Positions 57,885 to 64,000 of a DNA stretch of 64,000 nucleotides are shown here, one piece after another. The position numbers were made by a program, and so were the translations under genes. This stretch comes from Coleofasciculus sp. B1-GNL1-01 (GTDB lineage Bacteria; Cyanobacteriota; Cyanobacteriia; Cyanobacteriales; Coleofasciculaceae). Numbering within the stretch: the first letter of the stretch is position 1; each line of letters starts with the position of its first letter. Under the pieces are notes generated by a model. It worked only from the letters and a program-made list of their open reading frames with translations. It was not told the DNA's origin and did no database searches. Location of the stretch: the NCBI GenBank assembly GCA_040220235.1, contig JAVJTO010000082.1; one strand, 5' to 3'.

Positions 57885-59774
57885 CTATTTAATCTTCCCC
57901 CTAAGAAAATAAGTCGTCATCTTCCCTTTGCCTTTAACCTGAATAGTACCTCGTTCCTCAAACAGATAGTTATCCTGCAACTTTTTATACGTAAACTCAG
58001 TAACCTGAATTTTATCAGGAAGCCCTTGGGATTCCATGCGTGAGGCAATATTGACTGTATCTCCCCACAGATCATAACTAAACTTTTTAATACCAATGAC
58101 TCCAGCAACAACGGGTCCTGTGTTGATGCCAATCCGAATACTTAAGGTTTGATTATTCTGATCATTAAATTTGGTAATCACCCGTTGCATATCCAGTGCC
58201 ATATTCGCAATCGCTTCGGCATGATCGGGGCGAGGAGTGGGTAGTCCTCCCACCACCATATACGCATCACCAATTGTTTTAATTTTCTCTAACCCGTAGT
58301 AATCACTCAATTCATCAAAAGCAGAAAAAATCCGGTTGAGTAATTCAACAACTTGGGCGGGTGGAAAGCGAGCCGATAATTCGGTGAAGCCGACAATGTC
58401 GGCAAACAGAACCGTGACTTCTTCAAAGTTATCAGCAATTGTACTTTCGAGTTGTTTCAACCGTTGAGCAATGAGTTTGGGTAAGATATTGAGTAGCAGG
58501 CGTTCCGCTTGTTCTTGCTCATAGTGCAGGGCTTCTTGCCATGCTTTCCGCACCGTAATATCTTCTACTGTTCCTTCGTAATAAATAAAATTACCGTGGT
58601 TATCGCGAAAGGCTCGTGCCTTCTCTTCAATCCAAATCTTAGTGCCATCTTTTCGGTACACTTGTGATTCAAAATCTGAAACTGATCCATATTTTTCTAA
58701 GATGCGGACTAATTCATCATGACGGTTTGGCTGAACATAAAGCTGACGATTAAGATTAACTAATCTTTCACAAAGTTCCTCTGCTGAAGCATAACCATAA
58801 AGAGTCGCTAACGTGGTATTTGCCATTAAAAAACGCCCACTCGGAGTAATCTTAAAAATTCCTTCAACTGAATTGTCAAAACTACTCCGATATTTTTCTT
58901 CGCAGTTTTGCAGATTTTTGGTTAACTGTTTAGTTTTGACGATAAGCACAATGAATAAGGTTGCCGCTATCAAACCAGAAACGGCATAAAATAAAATTCG
59001 ATAAATTTGAGTTTTCCTTAAAAACACTTGATAAGAATGCTGATAAATGTCTAGGAGCTGTTCACTTTTTTGCTCCGTGGGCAATTCCAGAATTTGCAGC
59101 ACCAGACTATCCACCTGAGATTCATGGGTCACAATAATTTCGGCATAGATTAGGGCGGCATCGAGTTCAGAAAGACTCAGGGCAGAGGATGCTGTCAATA
59201 CATCGGCACGTTGCCGAATTGCTGCCATTTGTCTCTGGATTTTGAGAATTAATTCATCACTGGGAGATAGGGTATAAATTAAAACATCGTTCAACAGAGT
59301 ATTCAATTGATTGATTAACGCATCAGCGCTTGGTTCCGTTGCGGCTTGACTCGATAATTTTTGAATTGTATTTGGCAGGGATTTTAAAGATTGATTTAGA
59401 ATCGTTTCTTGTTCAATTACTTCTGCGATTAAATCCTGCTTGTTTTGAAAGAGGGAGCGATTCTGTTGTAAGGCTAACTTGATTTCTGGATAATACTCTC
59501 TATTAACAAAATCAGGTATATCTTCTAAGTTATGGTGTAAGTCACCAATCTGACTTAAATCATTAAGAATAGTTTCATGATTCTTGAACGAATCCTGTTG
59601 AGCCTGCAATATATCTGTATTTAAAGTTGCGTCAGTTTCCTGGAGCTGGTGTAAGTTTGACAGATACTGATGATGTTGACTAAAATTAATAGTCTGAGCT
59701 TTAATGAATAATATAACCCATAAAAAAGTTCCGCCTGCAGCAATTCCTATATTTCGCATAGCGGAGAACTTCAT
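57885..59774 (-). CDS. Membrane class III adenylate/guanylate cyclase (all-helical DAHL-like sensor, PAS, cyclase)
   Basis: Two TMs; PAS YRKDGTKIW; LFADIVGFT, KIKTIGDAYM, YDLWGDTVNIASRMES. Confidence 0.92.
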   Translation of the reverse strand: MKFSAMRNIGIAAGGTFLWVILFIKAQTINFSQHHQYLSNLHQLQETDATLNTDILQAQQDSFKNHETILNDLSQIGDLHHNLEDIPDFVNREYYPEIKLALQQNRSLFQNKQDLIAEVIEQETILNQSLKSLPNTIQKLSSQAATEPSADALINQLNTLLNDVLIYTLSPSDELILKIQRQMAAIRQRADVLTASSALSLSELDAALIYAEIIVTHESQVDSLVLQILELPTEQKSEQLLDIYQHSYQVFLRKTQIYRILFYAVSGLIAATLFIVLIVKTKQLTKNLQNCEEKYRSSFDNSVEGIFKITPSGRFLMANTTLATLYGYASAEELCERLVNLNRQLYVQPNRHDELVRILEKYGSVSDFESQVYRKDGTKIWIEEKARAFRDNHGNFIYYEGTVEDITVRKAWQEALHYEQEQAERLLLNILPKLIAQRLKQLESTIADNFEEVTVLFADIVGFTELSARFPPAQVVELLNRIFSAFDELSDYYGLEKIKTIGDAYMVVGGLPTPRPDHAEAIANMALDMQRVITKFNDQNNQTLSIRIGINTGPVVAGVIGIKKFSYDLWGDTVNIASRMESQGLPDKIQVTEFTYKKLQDNYLFEERGTIQVKGKGKMTTYFLRGKIK

Positions 59775-60310
59775 AATCAGCTCAGGTTCAATCGATTTAA
59801 CAGACCTTACACCTAAACAGGCAACTCGATCAGGATAGATATCCTATCCACTCTTTTCAGGGCGTGAAAGGGCTAACAAAGACATCGTTTGCAAAACTTT
59901 GCGAACATGATGATCCATCAGCCGGAAAACTTCTCCAGCTAGGGTGTTGGCTCGGTTTAGGTTATGTCTTGTTAGATACCTTCAACCTAGAATCGGCAAA
60001 ACAGTTTAAATTCATCACCCCACCTGGGTTGATGTCTCGCTCTGTTCTCCAGGTGGGACATACAAGCGTCTGCCTGATTCTGCTCAAAGCCGATCGCCCG
60101 TCTATACTGACAGCGACGGAGTAGCAAAAAAAACATGACAGACCAGAATGGACTTCTCCGTCACCTTTGGGTGAAGACGTTTTACTCTCAGCCAGATAAT
60201 ATAGAAACACGCTGCACTGGGGTGTAAGTTCTACTTAAAATAACTTCCGGTTCCAATCCAGTCCGGAAGAGTTACCCCATACAACAGTGTTAAGTTTTAT
60301 TGAGAAATTA

Positions 60311-60922
60311 TTAATCGGTCGCGGATTTCTGGTTACCAGATGCCAAGGAATTATCAGGTGATGCTGACCAAGGTTCTGGGGGACAAGCGGAGCGATCGCG
60401 CACCAACCGCAGATACTCTTTCTGATTGAACGATTCTGGGGGATGAGGAGATTCTCTTGTCTGATTTTTGGGATCACCCGACGCCTCTCGATCGCCACCG
60501 CCTCGATTCTCCGCGTTACGAAGGCGGTGGTGAATCGCCCTCAAGCGATTCTGAGTATTGATCGGTTCTCGCGGTTTGGGTAAATCTGTATTGGGCCAAT
60601 TGGATAAATCACTACAGGTACAGGACTCTGGCGGTGATCCCACGTTAAACATAGGAACAGGCATATCACAGCGGGAACAGGGTTCAAGATCCCACTTGGA
60701 TGTCAACAACTCAGAAATCGTCTGGCTAGTTCCGGTGAGATAACAATCTCCGCTTTCGGGGGAAAGCAGATATTGCCAGAGTTCCTCAAACTCTTGACTG
60801 TAGCGATCGCCAGCAATGATTCGCTGTGGTTGCAGCACCTTTTCACCATTGTGGACGACAATTGTTTTGCCAACCTGAAACCAATAGGCTAGGTAGCGTT
60901 TGACTTGTTGTTCAGATGCCAT
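60311..60922 (-). CDS. Conserved cyanobacterial hypothetical protein
   Basis: MASEQQVKRYLAYWFQ.GK, GDRYS.EFE, YL.GT.QTI, CSRCDMP. Confidence 0.75.
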   Translation of the reverse strand: MASEQQVKRYLAYWFQVGKTIVVHNGEKVLQPQRIIAGDRYSQEFEELWQYLLSPESGDCYLTGTSQTISELLTSKWDLEPCSRCDMPVPMFNVGSPPESCTCSDLSNWPNTDLPKPREPINTQNRLRAIHHRLRNAENRGGGDREASGDPKNQTRESPHPPESFNQKEYLRLVRDRSACPPEPWSASPDNSLASGNQKSATD

Positions 60923-60976
60923 AGAATATATAAGACCTCAGCAGCAAAAGCTGCTTTATTGTTACCGTCTGTATTT

Positions 60977-61531
60977 CTATGGTAGCGATTCCCGCGATAG
61001 CGGTGATCCCAGGGTGCTGAGATTAAGCACATGACCACCCGTAACCAAATACACGGGATTGGCAATCATACCGAACTGACGCACGACTTGACCGAGGCGA
61101 TCGCGAAAGGTTCTGCCTAGAGGATAAGCCGGAACTACACCCCAACCCGTTTCTTCAGCAACCAGAATGATGGTGGCTGAGGTTTGGTTGGCAGTCCGCA
61201 AGAGGGTATCTGTGATATCCTGCCAAATCCCATCCTCTTGATCCAGGCAATTTGCCACCCAGGTTCCCAAGGAGTCAATTAACAGACAGTAATCCGGTTG
61301 ATCCCACTCCAGAATCGTCTCGACTAAATCTATCGGCGTCCACACCAAAGTCCACTCAGCGGGGCGTCTCTGTTGGTGCTTCTCAATCCGGGCAACCCAC
61401 TCCAAATCGTTGGGATCAACCTGTGCCGTTGCCACATAAACAACCTGCTTATCCGTCTTATCGGCTAATTGTTCTGCCCATTCACTTTTTCCAGAACGGG
61501 CTGGACCCGTGACCAGGATAAGCTGACCCAT
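60977..61531 (-). CDS. cobU: Adenosylcobinamide kinase/adenosylcobinamide-phosphate guanylyltransferase
   Basis: LVTGPARSGKS, YVATA, RIEKHQQRRP..W, EETGWGVVP, FRDRLG. Confidence 0.93.
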   Translation of the reverse strand: MGQLILVTGPARSGKSEWAEQLADKTDKQVVYVATAQVDPNDLEWVARIEKHQQRRPAEWTLVWTPIDLVETILEWDQPDYCLLIDSLGTWVANCLDQEDGIWQDITDTLLRTANQTSATIILVAEETGWGVVPAYPLGRTFRDRLGQVVRQFGMIANPVYLVTGGHVLNLSTLGSPLSRESLP

Positions 61532-61727
61532 CGATAGTGTGGTTCCCGCGATCGCTTTTATATGCCGTGATCAAGTTTAATCGACGTTGGGCAAAAATTA
61601 GCGATTTGCCGAATCTCTTCCCAGATTGGGTAAAAATTGAATAGGTAGGTGGCAATGTCCCCAAACCCAACCCTAGGGACGGCATCTGCTGCAATCAGCG
61701 TGATTTTTGCCCAGTGGCATCAAAAAC

Positions 61728-62447
61728 ATGAAACCAGAACTGCAACGGATCGAAAGCACTCTATCTCAGTTAGCCCAGGATGACCAAACCCCATCCACGG
61801 CGATGGCGTCGCCAATGGACTCCACTGGGGATCAGTCTAGCGACTCCGTCAAAGGGAAAGAGCCTTCATTTTCGATTAGTGTGACGCCATTTCCGGCTCA
61901 AAAGCAGCAAAGTAAAACCCCAACACTGCCGAAACTCAAATCCGCTAGCTTCAGTGAACATCGCCATAGCGCCAATCCCGCCTTGGCAATGAATCTGCTC
62001 AAAGAAATTGAAGAGATTGTCTCGGGTTGGCAGAAGCAACTGCATACCATAGTCCGGCAAATTCAAGATATTTATATGGATGGACCAATCGTTGAGGGGT
62101 GGTTAGAATCTCATGCCCGTCAACCGGAAGCGGATCACCCAGGAGTACGCCGTGCTGAAGTGGATCGACTCATGGACTATGTAACCCAACCGTGGCATCA
62201 ATCCCAGGGCGATGCGAATGTCACCTGTGAATCCCCCCGTGCAGGGTATCGCCTTTGTGGATTAGATGCAGATGGTCAGTTTTGGGTGCGTATCTGTCCG
62301 GCGGATCAAGTGCCTAGTGTCAGTTTAGCGATCGCACGTTATCAGAAGCTACGACAACTACTGAGTCGCAAAAATGATCTGGAAACGCGCCTCAGCCAGC
62401 TTGCAGAAACCCTAGCGGTATTGCACGCTCATCTGGGTAACGACTGA
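61728..62447 (+). CDS. Conserved cyanobacterial hypothetical protein
   Basis: GPIVEGWLES, GYRLCGLDADG, SLAIARYQKLRQLL. Confidence 0.7.
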   Translation: MKPELQRIESTLSQLAQDDQTPSTAMASPMDSTGDQSSDSVKGKEPSFSISVTPFPAQKQQSKTPTLPKLKSASFSEHRHSANPALAMNLLKEIEEIVSGWQKQLHTIVRQIQDIYMDGPIVEGWLESHARQPEADHPGVRRAEVDRLMDYVTQPWHQSQGDANVTCESPRAGYRLCGLDADGQFWVRICPADQVPSVSLAIARYQKLRQLLSRKNDLETRLSQLAETLAVLHAHLGND

Positions 62448-62841
62448 ACCTTTAACTGAAAGTTGGCAGGTTAGTGAGTTAGGAAGTTATAACATTGATG
62501 GAACGTAATCGCACTTATGTGTCTGTTTCCCATCCCTTATCCCGTGCAAATTCTTTAATTGAGAATGGTACTGTAGCCTATCCCACCAGAAGAGAAACGA
62601 TCAAAACGCTAAACTATGAATTGGAGCATCTAGCCAAACGTTTGTTTAACCAGTAGAAATGGTATGGTCAAAGTGACAAAATTTCATAACCCTCTCCAGG
62701 AATCGAGGGAATGCTACGATTGGCGCTATTGATCACAGTTCCGCCTGCCCCAACTCGAACACGTTTTAAATCGTCTTCATTATCAGCGTTCAAACTACAA
62801 GTAAACCGTTCCCGTTCTCACCGATTCAATCTTTTTAAAGT

Positions 62842-63798
62842 ATGACTAGTCTTGATTCTAAAGTTCCCGTTTCGGTTCTAATTCCGGCAAAAAACGAAGA
62901 AGCTAATCTTCCGGCTTGTCTGGCTAGTGTGGCTAGAGCCGATGAAGTATTTGTAGTGGATTCCCAAAGTAGCGATCACTCTATCGAAATTGCCGAAAAA
63001 ACGGGTGCGAAAGTCGTGCAATTTTATTTCAATGGGCATTGGCCCAAAAAGAAAAACTGGAGTTTGGAAAATCTGCCCTTTCGTAATGAATGGGTGCTGA
63101 TTGTGGATTGCGATGAACGCATTCCCCCAGCGCTTTGGGATGAAATTGCTACGGCGATTAAAAATCCCAACTATGAAGGGTACTATATCAATCGCCGGGT
63201 TTATTTCTTAGGCAAGTGGATTCGCCACGGGGGAAAATATCCAGACTGGAATCTGCGCTTGTTTAAACATCAAAAAGGTCGCTATGAAAATCTGGGAACT
63301 GAAGGAATTCCCAATACAGGAGATAATGAAGTTCACGAACACGTTATCCTGCAAGGGTTAGTTGGTTATCTCAAAGCAGATATGGATCATATCGACTTTC
63401 GGGATATCTACCATTGGCTGGAACGACACAATCGCTATTCTAACTGGGAAGCCCGGGTCTACCTTAATATGCTCACGGGTCATGATGAATCAGGTACGAT
63501 TGGTGCTAATTTATTTGGGGATGCGGTACAGCGTAAGCGTTTTTTGAGAAAGGTTTGGGTGTGGCTGCCATTTAAACCCACCTTGCGGTTCATTATCTTT
63601 TACTTTATCCAATTCGGTTTTCTGGATGGTAAAGCAGGTTATATTTACGGACGCTTGTTGAGTCAATACGAATATCAAATTGGTGTCAAACTCTACGAAT
63701 TACGTAAATTTGGCGGTCATCTCAATCCAGAGGTGGAAACATCAACTGTATCATCTGCGAAATCTCCGGCTACTTCTGCGGTTTCTCCCAATTCCTAA
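62842..63798 (+). CDS. Glycosyltransferase family 2
   Basis: VSVLIPAKNEE, VVDSQSSD, VDCDE (DxD), VHEH. Confidence 0.93.
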   Translation: MTSLDSKVPVSVLIPAKNEEANLPACLASVARADEVFVVDSQSSDHSIEIAEKTGAKVVQFYFNGHWPKKKNWSLENLPFRNEWVLIVDCDERIPPALWDEIATAIKNPNYEGYYINRRVYFLGKWIRHGGKYPDWNLRLFKHQKGRYENLGTEGIPNTGDNEVHEHVILQGLVGYLKADMDHIDFRDIYHWLERHNRYSNWEARVYLNMLTGHDESGTIGANLFGDAVQRKRFLRKVWVWLPFKPTLRFIIFYFIQFGFLDGKAGYIYGRLLSQYEYQIGVKLYELRKFGGHLNPEVETSTVSSAKSPATSAVSPNS

Positions 63799-63850
63799 TC
63801 GGCTGTTACATTGTTTAAATTACTGATTAATATTCGTACTATATACAATG

Positions 63851-63894
63851 ATTTCGCCATTATTGATATTAAGGTTTAAATGCCGAACAGCTTA
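63851..63894 (-). mobile_element. Copy of the IS630-type MITE end seen at 8512-8555
   Basis: Reverse complement TAAGCTGTTCGGCATTTAAACCTTAATATCAATAATGGCGAAA nearly identical to 8512 onward. Confidence 0.75.
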
Positions 63895-63897
63895 TCT

Positions 63898-64000
63898 ATG
63901 AGCCGAGACTTAAACACCAACGTTCCAGATTTCACCGAACCTCCTGTTTTAGATGATACCCCGTTAGTTGATTTGCGAAATTATGACCAGTCCAATTTTG
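63898..64000 (+). CDS. 5' end of a WcaF/HpsU-like polysaccharide acetyltransferase (window-truncated)
   Basis: MSRDLNTNVPDFTEPPVLDDTPLVDLRNYDQSNF; VDLR.YDQS motif; follows a GT2. Confidence 0.6.
   Translation, partial: MSRDLNTNVPDFTEPPVLDDTPLVDLRNYDQSNF

Noticed and set aside
59864..60240. Short ORFs or ncRNA upstream of the cyclase
   Set aside because: No recognisable motif, RBS or RNA family signature
1..64000. tRNA or rRNA genes
   Set aside because: No cloverleaf or rRNA signature recognised by eye; tRNAscan/Infernal would be needed to exclude them

Overview
This is a 64-kb chromosomal segment from a filamentous cyanobacterium. That assignment is inferred from abundant HIP1 GCGATCGC octamers, STRR heptamer arrays, raf1, an OCP-N/HCP protein and XisI. 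Housekeeping and signalling genes include menG, raf1, mobA, mutS2, cobU, two adenylate/guanylate cyclases, histidine kinases, two-partner-secretion TpsA/TpsB, CHAT-TPR and a GT2. These are interspersed with many REP/MITE elements. The most striking feature is a two-gene RiPP-like locus at 27.6-30.5 kb. A PatD/LynD-type fused YcaO cyclodehydratase lies directly downstream of a 200-aa protein built from a double-glycine leader (ELSDEEAGACVGG), a 44-aa Ser/Thr-containing core, and a C-terminal peptidase-S74 (phage tail-fibre type) self-cleaving chaperone domain. The second highlight is a 43-53 kb accessory island. It holds an apparently intact EAD/iSTAND-MoxR-vWA ternary conflict system with a nucleosidase effector, surrounded by toxin-antitoxin cassettes and decayed genes, one cassette flanked by 146-bp direct repeats. 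Several pseudogenes missed by the ORF track were found by eye: hsdR stub, ccbP 3' half, PIN toxin stub, frameshifted RelE, collapsed NTPase-TPR. All calls come from motif recognition only; no database searches were run.
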